The notes under the pieces were generated by a model. That model searched no databases, was not told the DNA's origin, and saw only the letters and a list, made by a program, of their open reading frames with translations. A program made the position numbers and the translations under genes. From Candidatus Micrarchaeota archaeon (GTDB taxonomy: Archaea > Micrarchaeota > Micrarchaeia > Micrarchaeales > CABMGC01): a DNA stretch of 50,209 bases. Shown one piece after another: positions 27,451 through 37,867 of the stretch (positions are counted from its first letter, which is position 1; each line of letters opens with the position of its first letter). Where the stretch lies: positions 1 through 50,209 of the forward strand of contig DAHXKV010000055.1 in NCBI GenBank assembly GCA_027366155.1, given 5' to 3'.

Positions 27451-28545
27451 ATGGACGCTATTGAACTAACCAAAGAGCTCATAATTGAAAACTCGGAAAA
27501 TAACAAAGCAGGAGAGCTTGGTATTGCAAAGCTAATAAGCGAAAAGCTGGATAACTTGTCTATAAAATATGCTCTTCTCCCATTCGGCGGCCAAAGAGCA
27601 AACCTCATCGCAGAGATAGGTACGGGGAAAGACGGGTTGATGCTCAACGGCCATCTCGACACGGTACCGATAGGTGACGAAACTAAATGGCACCATAGCC
27701 AGGGGGAAGAAACACGCGGGAGGATATATGGCCGCGGAGCGTCCGACATGAAAGGCGGAATCGCCTCCATGCTGTCTGCTTTAGAAAAGGCAAACACGCT
27801 GCGCCTAAACAAGAGAATACTCCTTGTCTTGGTTTCCGATGAAGAGTCATTTTCCTCAGGGTCACTCAAACTGCTAAAAAAACACCACAATCTCTTAAAG
27901 GGAGTCAGATACGGGATAATCTCAGAACCTACTGGCCTGGGAGTACAGATAGCACAGAAGGGTGCAGTCGGCATAAAAATCGAAGTGAGCGGCAAGCCGG
28001 CGCATGGATCAACTCCGTGGAAAGGAAGAAACGCGATAGTAGATGCGTCAAAACTTATAACCCAACTCCAAAAAGACTCAGGTTCACTTAAAAAACACAA
28101 ACTATTCGGCAGAAGCAGCCAAAACATAGGCACGATTACCGGAGGAACCATGGGCAATGTTGTCCCAGAAGCCTGCACCATTGAGATAGACAGAAGGATA
28201 ATCCCCGGCGAAACAGGAAAAGCCGCACTTTCCAAGATACGTGACACGATATCAAAACAGCGAATAAAAGCGAAAGCGTCGATAACTTTTGATGCGCCTC
28301 CATTTAACCTCGATTCAAGCTCTCGGATTGCATCTCTTGTAAAAACCCACTCCAAGACGCAATTCCTCTACTCCAACGGATATACTGAAGCAGAGCTTTA
28401 CAAGAGGCTTGCCGGAATAGACTCTGTTGTTTTTGGCCCGGGTGAAAAAAGAATGGCGCATACATACGACGAAAGCATAAGCATAAAAAAACTAAGGGCG
28501 CATTCGGAATGCCTTGTCTCAATAATAAGGGACTATGCAACATAA
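27451..28545 (+). CDS. M20 family metallopeptidase/deacylase (ArgE/DapE-like)
   Basis: Motifs NGHLDTVP, GRGASDMKGG, DEE, EPT, AHGS, FGPG and AHTYDE. Confidence 0.92.
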   Translation: MDAIELTKELIIENSENNKAGELGIAKLISEKLDNLSIKYALLPFGGQRANLIAEIGTGKDGLMLNGHLDTVPIGDETKWHHSQGEETRGRIYGRGASDMKGGIASMLSALEKANTLRLNKRILLVLVSDEESFSSGSLKLLKKHHNLLKGVRYGIISEPTGLGVQIAQKGAVGIKIEVSGKPAHGSTPWKGRNAIVDASKLITQLQKDSGSLKKHKLFGRSSQNIGTITGGTMGNVVPEACTIEIDRRIIPGETGKAALSKIRDTISKQRIKAKASITFDAPPFNLDSSSRIASLVKTHSKTQFLYSNGYTEAELYKRLAGIDSVVFGPGEKRMAHTYDESISIKKLRAHSECLVSIIRDYAT

Positions 28546-28569
28546 TGCCCAAAGAGGCGTGCTTACCGC

Positions 28570-29475
28570 ATGGGAAACATAATAGCAATAGATGCAGGCG
28601 CCACTAACCTGAGGATAGCGCTTATCGACGGAAAGGGAAAGATCCTATCCCGTTTGTCATCAGTTACTGATGGGCCAAACCTCCTAAGACAACTATACGA
28701 AGGGATAGATGCCCATGACGCGTTTGAAGGCATTGCTGTGGCATTTGCAGGCCCGATAAGCAGGAAGACTGGTGCCATACTCAAATCACCAAATCTGGGC
28801 ATACAGGGGCTGAATCTTGTGGGTCTGCTTGAAAAGAAATATGGCAAAAAAGCAATCCTGATGAACGACTGCGTAGCTGCTGTGCTCGCTGAAAAGTACT
28901 ACGGAGCCGGTAAAGATTGCGACAACCTTGCTTATGTAACCATTAGCACGGGTATAGGGTGCGGCGTTATTATTGACGGGAAAGTCCTCCTCGGAAAAGA
29001 TGGAAATGCGCATGAAGTGGGCCATATGGTCATTGATCAGGACTCTCTACTCAGGTGTGGCTGCGGCAGCTATGGGCACTGGGAAGCATATTGCTCAGGA
29101 AAAAACATGCCCCGGTATGTGGGGCACCTGATCAAGACTGAGTATGCAGGAGAGCCAAGCGCGTTGTCTATCGGGAGAAAAAAAGCCCCTGCCGAACACC
29201 TGTTTGCAGTAAAAGGGGACAGGGTTGCATCGGAAATAATCGGAAAAATAGGCATGATAAACGCCACTGGCTTTGCAAACATAATAAATGTATACGACCC
29301 GGAACTAATAACTGTGGGCGGCTCTGTAGCTCTAAAAAACAAGCGCATACTTGAAGACATCAAGCGCAACGTTCACAAATACGCCATAAACCGCATGCCT
29401 GAAATACGACTTACCTCTTTGGGGGATGACATCTGCCTTTACGGGGCAGCTGCTGGCTTCAGGTACTTTGGATAA
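28570..29475 (+). CDS. ROK family sugar kinase (glucokinase-like)
   Basis: Motifs IDAGAT, ND, STGIG, AHEVGH, CGCG..GHWE and GGSV. Confidence 0.92.
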   Translation: MGNIIAIDAGATNLRIALIDGKGKILSRLSSVTDGPNLLRQLYEGIDAHDAFEGIAVAFAGPISRKTGAILKSPNLGIQGLNLVGLLEKKYGKKAILMNDCVAAVLAEKYYGAGKDCDNLAYVTISTGIGCGVIIDGKVLLGKDGNAHEVGHMVIDQDSLLRCGCGSYGHWEAYCSGKNMPRYVGHLIKTEYAGEPSALSIGRKKAPAEHLFAVKGDRVASEIIGKIGMINATGFANIINVYDPELITVGGSVALKNKRILEDIKRNVHKYAINRMPEIRLTSLGDDICLYGAAAGFRYFG

Positions 29476-29495
29476 TGCCGGCCTGCCTGTGACTC

Positions 29496-30974
29496 TCAGC
29501 CTATCTTCTCAAAGAGATGCGGTCCTTTGGTTATCCGTCCGGAAAAGCTGCCCCTGAATTTGCAGTCTTCAATGCTCTTTATCTCGCTCCCTAGCATCCC
29601 GGCTATCTTCTCCGCACTCTGCGGCACAAAGGGATAAACAATTATCGAGATGACTCTCAGTGATTCGAGGAGATTGTATAATACGCTGTCAAGCTCCGGT
29701 CCCTTCAGCTTCCACGGCTCCTTGCTATTCACATAGGCATTGCACTCCCTGACAAACGCCATTGCCAGCTCAAGCGCTTCGTGGAGGTGCCCATTATCGA
29801 GCCTAAAGCGGAATTCAGCCATATCCAATTTCTTGCTCATCTCGGCATTCCCTGAAAATTCGCTTTTCCCATCTTTTTCTGCTATTGTAAGCACCCTGTT
29901 GACTAGGTTGCCCAGATCTCCAAGAAGCTCCTTGTTATGCCTATTTACAAGTGCGCCTTCGCTGAAGTTGCTATCCTCAAAATTTGGCGAGTCCCTTATG
30001 AAATAGTACCTAAGGCTATCCGAACCATACTTATTCATCATGTTTAACGGGCTTACAACGTTTCCTATGGACTTGCTCATCTTCTCCCCGTTTACGGTGA
30101 AGTAGCCATGGACGAACAGTGCTTTTGGAATACCAATCCCTGCGGAAAGAAGCATGGCAGGCCAATAAACCGAGTGGAACCTTATTATCCCCTTTCCAAC
30201 CACGTGGACATCAGCCGGCCAGGTTTTCATGAAGTGTTCTTCATCGCCCACAAATCCGACTCCTGTTATGTATACGGCAAGCGCATCGAACCACACATAT
30301 ATGGTCTGGGAAGGGTCTCCGGGCACGGGTATTCCCCAGCCGTGTGCCCTTCCTGCAGAACGAGACACGCTGAAGTCCTCCAGCCCGGCCCTTATGAAGC
30401 TGAGTATCTCATTCTTCCTGCTTTCAGGCATTATCCTGAACTGGTCTTTGGAAATCATTCTCTCTAAGGATTCTTGGTATTTGGAAAGCCGGAAGAAATA
30501 ATTATCCTCCTCAACCACATCCGGCTTTGTTTTGTGTTCAGGGCATTTGCCCTCTACGAGCTCGCCCTCAGTGTAGAACGCCTCACATCCGACACAGTAC
30601 AGGCCCTTATACCTCTTTTTGTATATATCACCATTTTCTGCACACCTCCTCCATAGCTCCCCGACGCCTTTCCGGTGCGCCTCGCTCACAGAAGACCGTA
30701 CGAAGGCAGTGTAAGAGAGCCCTATCCTGTCAGCGAGCTCCCTGAATAACAGCGCATTTCTACTGCATAATTCCTCAACCGAGATTCCAGCAGCCTCAGC
30801 GGCCTTGACGTTCTTAAGGCTGTTCTCATCTGCTCCGGTAACCAGGTTGACCTCATATCCCACCAGCTTCCTGTATCTGGCGATGACGTCCGCCTGCGCA
30901 AACTCAAGCGCATGGCCTATGTGCGGCGCAGCGTTGACGTAGGGTATTGACGTAGTTATGTAAAATCCAGCCAA
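29496..30974 (-). CDS. metG: Methionyl-tRNA synthetase (short, single-knuckle, monomeric type)
   Basis: Motifs PYVNAAPHIGH, CVGC..CPEH, YVWFDAL and KMSKS. TTG start at 30974 (alternative 30995). Confidence 0.95.
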   Translation of the reverse strand: MAGFYITTSIPYVNAAPHIGHALEFAQADVIARYRKLVGYEVNLVTGADENSLKNVKAAEAAGISVEELCSRNALLFRELADRIGLSYTAFVRSSVSEAHRKGVGELWRRCAENGDIYKKRYKGLYCVGCEAFYTEGELVEGKCPEHKTKPDVVEEDNYFFRLSKYQESLERMISKDQFRIMPESRKNEILSFIRAGLEDFSVSRSAGRAHGWGIPVPGDPSQTIYVWFDALAVYITGVGFVGDEEHFMKTWPADVHVVGKGIIRFHSVYWPAMLLSAGIGIPKALFVHGYFTVNGEKMSKSIGNVVSPLNMMNKYGSDSLRYYFIRDSPNFEDSNFSEGALVNRHNKELLGDLGNLVNRVLTIAEKDGKSEFSGNAEMSKKLDMAEFRFRLDNGHLHEALELAMAFVRECNAYVNSKEPWKLKGPELDSVLYNLLESLRVISIIVYPFVPQSAEKIAGMLGSEIKSIEDCKFRGSFSGRITKGPHLFEKIG

Positions 30975-31057
30975 AAAATTACCTGAAACTGCCAATAAAT
31001 TATTTCGTACTTAGTTATTTTATGCCTTTAGAACAAACATCATACGGAGGTTAGTCA

Positions 31058-33115
31058 ATGGACGAGGCGGCAAAAGCCGAATTAGGAGACAAGTTCATTG
31101 AGTTCTTCAATGCCTACTACACTGACAAGGTCTCCGGAATGTACCTTTCCTACCCGAAGATCAGGAGCCTCCAGGCAGACATAAAGGATATGGAAAAATT
31201 CGACCATGAGCTGGCCCTTGAGTTGATAAACAACCCTGACGAGGTCCTTCCCGCGGCCAATGCCGCTCTCTCAAAACTCAATCCCAACCCAAACGCGGAA
31301 GAGCCTGTACATGCAAGGTTCTATGGTCTAGACGGGGCACCGCTCATACAGGAAGTAGGCTCGGAATATATTGGCAAGATACTCTCGCTAGATTCGCTCA
31401 CGGTGAAGCGCTCTGAGATAATCCCAAAGGTCAGCATAGGTGTCTTCAGGTGCACCTTCTGCGGAACCGTCCTCAAGCTCAAGATAGAGCGGGACATGAG
31501 TGTGGATTTCTGCCCCCAGTGCAAAAGACGGTCGCTGAAGCAGGAGAATGCCGAGTCTCACTTCACGAACCTGCAGAAGATAGCCGTCCAGGATCCACTG
31601 GAAAAGCTGAAGGGAAGCACGCCAACCTGGCAGCTGGAGGTCTGGCTTGAAGACGATCTAGTAAATACCGTAATACCTGGAGACAGGGTGGAGATAACAG
31701 GGATATTGCGCATAAGGCCGCGCCGGAATCAGCGCGGAAAAGAGGACAAGATGCTCTACACCATGTTCTTCGATGCAGTCTCGGTTCAGCACAAACAGAA
31801 GGAATTCGCCGAGCTGGAAATCTCACAGGAGGACGAGGAGAGGATAAAGGAACTGGGTTCAGACCCTCACATATTCGAGAACATATCAAAATCAATAGCG
31901 CCATCAATATTCGGATACGAGGAGATAAAGAAGGCACTCACCCTGGCGTTGTTTGGAGGCACACCAGACAAGAAACTCATAGACGGAGCGCCTATACGTA
32001 GCGACATACACATGCTGCTTATAGGGGATCCAGGAAGCGCAAAGACCCGTCTCCTGCAATCGGTGACCTCGCTTGTACCGAAAGGAATATATGTAAGCGG
32101 AAAATCCACCACCTCGGCAGGGCTCACTGCCTCAGCCGAGAAGGATGAATTCTCGGAAGGCGGCTGGACGCTGAAGGCCGGCGCGCTCGTGCTGGGCAGC
32201 GGCGGCGAGGTTTCGATAGACGAGTTTGACAAGGTAAGCGACGATGACAAATCAGCGCTCCTTGAAGCCATGGAATCCCAAACAATAAGCGTTGCCAAGG
32301 CGGGCATAGTCGCAAGGTTTAACACAAAAACCTCGATACTAGCCGCGGCAAACCCCAAATACGGACGGTTTGACCAGAATGCCTATCCTGCCGACCAGTT
32401 TGATATACCGCCCACGCTGCTCTCCAGATTCGACCTAATCTTCCCGATAAAGGACATTCTGGACGAAGAGAAGGACAGGCAGATAGCCCACCATATTCTC
32501 CTTCAGCACAGTGCCGCCGGAGCGCAGCTTGCAGACATATCGGGGCACGAACAGGTAGAAAAGCCGCCACTGGACCAGGAACTGCTGCGCAAATACGTGG
32601 CCTATGCAAAAAGGCACGTGAGGCCCAGGCTTTCCGACGAGGCATCAAAAAGAATCTCCGATTACTACGTCGAACTTAGGAAAATAGGGATGAAGCAGGG
32701 AGCAACGCCAATCACTCCCAGGCAGATAGAGGGTCTTGTCAGGCTTGCAGAGGCCAGTGCGAAGAGCAAACTATCTGGAATAATAGAGCTCAAAGACGCC
32801 GACCTTGCAATCTCCCTATTCGAATACATGCTCAACACGCTAGCTGTGGACAGGGGCGGAAGAAAGGACATAGATGCCCTGCTTACTGGAATGCCACGGG
32901 AGAAAGTCAACAGGATAAATACAATAATAGCAATAATAAAGGGCCTTGAGGAGAAGGAGGGCAGCGCCAAGATAGTAAGCATACTCGAAGAAGCTGAAAA
33001 GCAGGGAATGGACCGCGGAACAACGACTCGATACATAAGCGAGCTTGAGCGCAGCGGAGACGTATTCTCTCCCAAAGCAGGAGTGATAAAGATAGTCAAA
33101 AGGGACGAGGAGTAG
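31058..33115 (+). CDS. mcm: MCM replicative helicase
   Basis: Zn finger CTFC..CPQC, Walker A GDPGSAKT, IDEFDK, SRFDL, ITPRQ and a C-terminal wHTH. No intein. Confidence 0.97.
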   Translation: MDEAAKAELGDKFIEFFNAYYTDKVSGMYLSYPKIRSLQADIKDMEKFDHELALELINNPDEVLPAANAALSKLNPNPNAEEPVHARFYGLDGAPLIQEVGSEYIGKILSLDSLTVKRSEIIPKVSIGVFRCTFCGTVLKLKIERDMSVDFCPQCKRRSLKQENAESHFTNLQKIAVQDPLEKLKGSTPTWQLEVWLEDDLVNTVIPGDRVEITGILRIRPRRNQRGKEDKMLYTMFFDAVSVQHKQKEFAELEISQEDEERIKELGSDPHIFENISKSIAPSIFGYEEIKKALTLALFGGTPDKKLIDGAPIRSDIHMLLIGDPGSAKTRLLQSVTSLVPKGIYVSGKSTTSAGLTASAEKDEFSEGGWTLKAGALVLGSGGEVSIDEFDKVSDDDKSALLEAMESQTISVAKAGIVARFNTKTSILAAANPKYGRFDQNAYPADQFDIPPTLLSRFDLIFPIKDILDEEKDRQIAHHILLQHSAAGAQLADISGHEQVEKPPLDQELLRKYVAYAKRHVRPRLSDEASKRISDYYVELRKIGMKQGATPITPRQIEGLVRLAEASAKSKLSGIIELKDADLAISLFEYMLNTLAVDRGGRKDIDALLTGMPREKVNRINTIIAIIKGLEEKEGSAKIVSILEEAEKQGMDRGTTTRYISELERSGDVFSPKAGVIKIVKRDEE

Positions 33116-33154
33116 CCAATTGCCGTTAATGCAATACTTTATTCAAGTATCTTT

Positions 33155-33179
33155 GCAGGATTGCTCAGCAGCATCCTGC
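33155..33179. terminator. Stem-loop between convergent mcm and reductase genes
   Basis: GCAGGAT-N11-ATCCTGC inverted repeat. Confidence 0.3.
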
Positions 33180-33224
33180 TATGCACATCCACAGCTGGAA
33201 AATCCACAGCTCCTCTCCCTCCAT

Positions 33225-34352
33225 TTATAATGCATTATAGACTGCGTCAGCCAGGCCGCGGATTGAATTACCTATGATCCTGCTTGGCATATCCATCTCC
33301 CCATATCTTCCCAGCAGGCTTCCTACGCCAACATATTCCATAAGCCCAAGCATCGACTCAAGGCCACCCGGGCCCATGTTTGAATAGGCCCATCTTATTA
33401 ATACATGCAGCCATGTGTCCAAAAAATATCTTCTCCTATATTCCTTTTCATACCAACCTATCCCGTCTTTTCCATCTATCTCCTTCCTTATTCCTTCCGC
33501 CGCAAGCAGAGCTGCATTACCTCCAAATACTATGCCTCCGCCTGTAGAGGGCTTTACCTGCCCAGCAGCATCCCCGACAAGCAAGATCCCGTGTGCCCTA
33601 TCTGCTATCTTCCCTCTAAGTCCCATGGGAATGATGCTTGCCCCTTCAGAGACAGGCCTCTTTCCAGAGACAATATTGGCTATGCTGGGCAATGAAATGA
33701 GCCTATCGAACGCCTTCTTCGCATTCCCATGGTTGTGGCTTAGTCCGACGCCGACTTCAATAACATCCTTGGAATTGGGGCAAACCCATCCGAACAGCCC
33801 CTTCGAAATGCCATTGTTGAGAAATATGTCCACTACATCCGCGTTTTCAGCAGACATCTCGTAATCTGCCTTGTATGTTACGCAATAATCAGGTATGCTG
33901 CCCATGGAGAAATGCCTTGCAACCGAAGAAACCGCGCCGTCAGCGCCGACTATCATGCTAGATTCGGAAAGGGATGCGAGGCCGCTGCCGGCAATCCTCC
34001 TTTCCAGTATGACTTCTGCGCCTGCCGAAACCGCCTCATCATGGCAGACATCATTCAGTCTTTCCCTGTCAACCACATGCGCCATTGCCTCCTTGGAATA
34101 CGCAGAAAGGGAATTCTTTCCCGCATGTATCCTTGCGCCATGAAGGGTGTTTGTTACTGCTCCGGAATAATCCACGCCAAGGCTCTGCAGTCCGGTCCGC
34201 GAGACTATGCCCGAAGCATGGACGGGCCTTCCAGGGAGCCTCTTTTGCTCATATACCGAAACTCCTACTCCAAGCTCTGCAAGCCTCCTTGCAGCAATAA
34301 GCCCTGCAGTGCCTGCGCCTATTACTGAAGCGTGATCTCTCTTATCTGGCAT
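33225..34352 (-). CDS. Geranylgeranyl reductase family FAD oxidoreductase
   Basis: Motifs IGAGTAG, VGADG, FGWVCP and VGDAAGQVKPSTGGG. Confidence 0.88.
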   Translation of the reverse strand: MPDKRDHASVIGAGTAGLIAARRLAELGVGVSVYEQKRLPGRPVHASGIVSRTGLQSLGVDYSGAVTNTLHGARIHAGKNSLSAYSKEAMAHVVDRERLNDVCHDEAVSAGAEVILERRIAGSGLASLSESSMIVGADGAVSSVARHFSMGSIPDYCVTYKADYEMSAENADVVDIFLNNGISKGLFGWVCPNSKDVIEVGVGLSHNHGNAKKAFDRLISLPSIANIVSGKRPVSEGASIIPMGLRGKIADRAHGILLVGDAAGQVKPSTGGGIVFGGNAALLAAEGIRKEIDGKDGIGWYEKEYRRRYFLDTWLHVLIRWAYSNMGPGGLESMLGLMEYVGVGSLLGRYGEMDMPSRIIGNSIRGLADAVYNAL

Positions 34353-34518
34353 AAGAAACCAACATAAATCTTCTCATTTAAAGTTAATAAGCTCTTCGCG
34401 AAATGACATGCCCCTGCAGGAAGCCAAACCTAAAACGAACGGCATCTTTATAAATATGAATTGAGATTTAAAAGAACCCGCATGAGCATTTGCATCCATT
34501 CACTCACAACGTGCTAAT

Positions 34519-37500
34519 ATGTCATTGTACGCAGTTTTTATAGGCTTTATCTCAATAATTGTCCCAGGGTTCTTTCTCTCACTGGCCCTGCTCAAGAAAA
34601 CTAAGCTTAACATAATCGAAATAGCCATAATAGGGTTCATCTTTGGCATGATCTTCCCTCCAGGGATGACATGGATTGAAGGGTATTTCATAAACAGCAT
34701 ACACTTCCTGGCCTTTTCCGCAAATCTATATCAAATAAATGTAGTGATCCTGACAATAGTAGGAATAATCCTATCTGCATGGCAGGGTGCATTCGGCACT
34801 GATTTCCTTGCCAAGTTAAACTTTTCAGGAACCAACGGCTCCAGAAAGCACGTCACTGCCGCAGCGGAGAAACACTACGAATTAGATTCTAAGATAACCT
34901 CCTTAAAGATCGACGAGCAGCTAATGCTCCGGCACAAGGCTGAAGAAGATGAGATGCAAAAGCGCCACTCTGGAGAACTCGCCATGCTCAAGCAGAAAGG
35001 CGCAGGAAGCGAAGAGCTTGAAAAGGTCAGGGAATCACACGCGGAACAGGAGCGCAACCTCCACCGTGAGCACGAAAGGGAGGAAAGCAGAGTTCTTGCA
35101 GAAAAGCCAAAACCGCAAAGCACCCAGATAATGCACTATCTTGCATGGGGGCTCTTGCTGGTACTGATGCTCGTTGCATTTTCCTCTAGAGTATCAAATA
35201 TCTCCACAGCACCACGCTATTTCGAATTTGACCCATACTTTGACATGATGAGCACCGCGCAAATACTTACTTACGGGTACCAGCTCAAGCTTGACCATTC
35301 TGCATGGCCCGTATATCTCAACGGTTCGCTCATACAGCAGGGAAGCAACGCGGCAAACGGCACAATCCACAGGATACAGCCTCTCATGCCCTACCTTGAG
35401 GCTTACTGGTATGAGATAGCCAACTCACCTCCGCCTCCAGGGATAAGCCAAGCCTCAACCTCCGGTGCGGTAAACACCAACCTACTTTCAACCGTTAGTT
35501 CAGTCTACCCCCCCATAACCGCAGCACTGCTTGTTTTTGTTGTATTCATGTTCCTATACCATGAGTACGGCGACTTCCCTGCAATAATAGGCGCGGCATT
35601 TGCCACAATCATGCCCACATTGATAACCACTTTTATAGCCGGAGAGCAGCTTGTCGAGCCGTGGGGCATCTTCGCCCTGTTCTTCATGGTAGCTTCATAC
35701 GCGCTAGCGGCACAGAATCCTAAGGAGAAACGATACGCGATACTTGCCGGAATAGCATTCGCATCAAACTTCCTCGGCGCGCACTACTACAACGTAACTG
35801 CCGCAGTGCTTGCATTCTACATACTCGTGCAATCGATAATAGACGCAGCAACTGACAGAAACAGTATGGACTTCTATAAGATGAATGCCCTGATGCTCTT
35901 TGTAATAATACTATTCTATGCAGTATATGCGCCTTACAATGCAACCCTTACTAATAGGATCCCGACAATACTCGGCATTCCGACAATAGTATCATTTCCA
36001 CTGCTCGCCCTGATTGTGGGCGTACTCGCTGGAATACTTACCGACACCCTCTCATTTTCCTCTATACCTAAGAATGCCAAAGAGATCCTCCACAAGCCGC
36101 TTAACCTGTTCGGGAAGAATAACCGTACCGTTGGGAGGGTATTTGTCATAATAGCCCTCATAATAATTGCAATAGTGGCGATACTTGTCACCCCAATAGG
36201 CAAGCCTATACACGACTACATCTCCCTGGCAGAGCATTTCACAACCCCATCAACTCCGCTCTTCATGACAGTGCAGGAGTACCTTGTCACTGGCCCTGCA
36301 TTCAATTTCGGCTCGGCAGGATTCGGGATCATAGGTGCGAGCATAGGCGGATTCCCGCTCATAATCTGGATAATGTTGATACTTTTCATGATTATGACAG
36401 CATACGAGATCTTCCTAAAAGGCTCCAGGTCTGCCATATTCACCTTAGTAATGGTCCTCGTGCTATCTGCGGCAGGAATGAGCGAGGTCAAGTACCTCCC
36501 GCACTTCGGCGTTGCATACATAATAGCAATCGGCGTTGTAATAGGCGAGCTATACATGATAGTAAAATCACTATCACGCGACACCGTGAAAAACTCCACA
36601 ACCCTTTACACAATAGGCGCTGGCGCTATAATCATAGAATCAACCCTTCTGATCCTAAGCTCGGGCATGCTGATAGGGCTTGCAATAATTGCAGTAGGCA
36701 TAATCATATCAGTAATATACTCGTACCTCGCCACCAACTCCTCCCCAACCGAGGCAAATCTTTCTATGTATTCGACGGGCATGTCCGCATTAATCCTTGG
36801 AATTCTGGTAATAATCTCCGGTGCCTCGCCTCTTATCACTACGTTTACTGCACATAACATGAGCTGTTCAAACATCTCAAAGGACAACATGGTGGTTGCC
36901 GATACGATGTATTGCAATCAGCTGACGTCCCAATGGCTTACTGCCACTGAATGGATGAGGGCAAACATAGGGCCTTTCGCCCCAAGGATACTTTCATGGT
37001 GGGACTATGGGGACTGGATAAACTGGTTCGGGAACAGCAACGCCGTTATACGCGGTGACAACGCAGTTGCCACGCTAGACTATGCAGTCGCTGCACACTA
37101 TGTCCTGGGAAGCAGCGACGGATACAACTCTACCGCGCTCGGGAAGTTTATGGACTCAACTCAGGCAAAATATGTCCTTTTTGACGATCAGCTTGTGCCA
37201 AAGTGGTCTGCTCTAGACTTCCTGGCCTGCGTATACGCGAATCAGACGAGCAAGGCATATGCAATATCGCAAGGCAAGCCTTATGGGCAGTCTTTCCTTC
37301 TTGGCACCTCTCCATGCGAGCTCTCACACGACCCGGCGGTAATCGCTATACCTGCACAGCCAAGCATAAACGAATACTGCCAGCTTCCAAACAAGGTGAC
37401 TGCAATAAGTGCGATCTCGCTTGTGGGGATGACTGTGCCTTCTCAGCTAAACCAGTCATTCTGCGTTTCTCCAACCCAGAACGCAAACGGCGTCCTAAAC

Positions 37501-37863
37501 GTCTATTATGCAAACGGTACCAAAGCAAATGTAGTAATATCTTCCTACTATTATCTGGGAACGATAGCCGGTCCAAGCAGCCAGACATATCTGGAGTTCC
37601 TAGAGATATACCTGCCGAACGGGCCTAACGACACAATAACCAATGCACCTACTGCGTTCTACAACTCCACTTACTACAAGGGCTTCTTCCTCGGCAGGCT
37701 AAACGGCTTCACGCTGGTATACCCTAAAAACTTCACCGGCATAAACATGGTGAACTCCACAAACACTGTAATGATACTTGAGGAAAACAACTACACCGGC
37801 GGAATGCCTTATGTAACACCGAAGCCTTCATGGATAAAAAACAATTATACCATACCTGGATGA
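34519..37863 (+). CDS. aglB: Oligosaccharyltransferase AglB/STT3 with N-terminal extension
   Basis: Motifs EFDPY, TVQE and WWDYG, many TM helices and a large N-rich extracellular C-terminal domain. Confidence 0.93.
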   Translation: MSLYAVFIGFISIIVPGFFLSLALLKKTKLNIIEIAIIGFIFGMIFPPGMTWIEGYFINSIHFLAFSANLYQINVVILTIVGIILSAWQGAFGTDFLAKLNFSGTNGSRKHVTAAAEKHYELDSKITSLKIDEQLMLRHKAEEDEMQKRHSGELAMLKQKGAGSEELEKVRESHAEQERNLHREHEREESRVLAEKPKPQSTQIMHYLAWGLLLVLMLVAFSSRVSNISTAPRYFEFDPYFDMMSTAQILTYGYQLKLDHSAWPVYLNGSLIQQGSNAANGTIHRIQPLMPYLEAYWYEIANSPPPPGISQASTSGAVNTNLLSTVSSVYPPITAALLVFVVFMFLYHEYGDFPAIIGAAFATIMPTLITTFIAGEQLVEPWGIFALFFMVASYALAAQNPKEKRYAILAGIAFASNFLGAHYYNVTAAVLAFYILVQSIIDAATDRNSMDFYKMNALMLFVIILFYAVYAPYNATLTNRIPTILGIPTIVSFPLLALIVGVLAGILTDTLSFSSIPKNAKEILHKPLNLFGKNNRTVGRVFVIIALIIIAIVAILVTPIGKPIHDYISLAEHFTTPSTPLFMTVQEYLVTGPAFNFGSAGFGIIGASIGGFPLIIWIMLILFMIMTAYEIFLKGSRSAIFTLVMVLVLSAAGMSEVKYLPHFGVAYIIAIGVVIGELYMIVKSLSRDTVKNSTTLYTIGAGAIIIESTLLILSSGMLIGLAIIAVGIIISVIYSYLATNSSPTEANLSMYSTGMSALILGILVIISGASPLITTFTAHNMSCSNISKDNMVVADTMYCNQLTSQWLTATEWMRANIGPFAPRILSWWDYGDWINWFGNSNAVIRGDNAVATLDYAVAAHYVLGSSDGYNSTALGKFMDSTQAKYVLFDDQLVPKWSALDFLACVYANQTSKAYAISQGKPYGQSFLLGTSPCELSHDPAVIAIPAQPSINEYCQLPNKVTAISAISLVGMTVPSQLNQSFCVSPTQNANGVLNVYYANGTKANVVISSYYYLGTIAGPSSQTYLEFLEIYLPNGPNDTITNAPTAFYNSTYYKGFFLGRLNGFTLVYPKNFTGINMVNSTNTVMILEENNYTGGMPYVTPKPSWIKNNYTIPG

Positions 37864-37867
37864 AGCC

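Noticed and set aside
27357..28355. 332-aa antisense ORF opposite the M20 peptidase
   Set aside because: Shadow frame of a well-supported gene, with S/F/I/P-rich composition and no motifs. The many other antisense ORFs in the track were rejected for the same reason.
31058..33115. Inteins in MCM, DP2 or RNAP subunits
   Set aside because: Lengths and motif spacing are normal, and there are no intein splice-junction or LAGLIDADG motifs.
33187..33212. Direct repeat ATCCACAGCT (x2) near mcm as an origin or CRISPR remnant
   Set aside because: Only two short copies, no spacer periodicity, no ORB-like G-string and no cdc6 or cas gene nearby.
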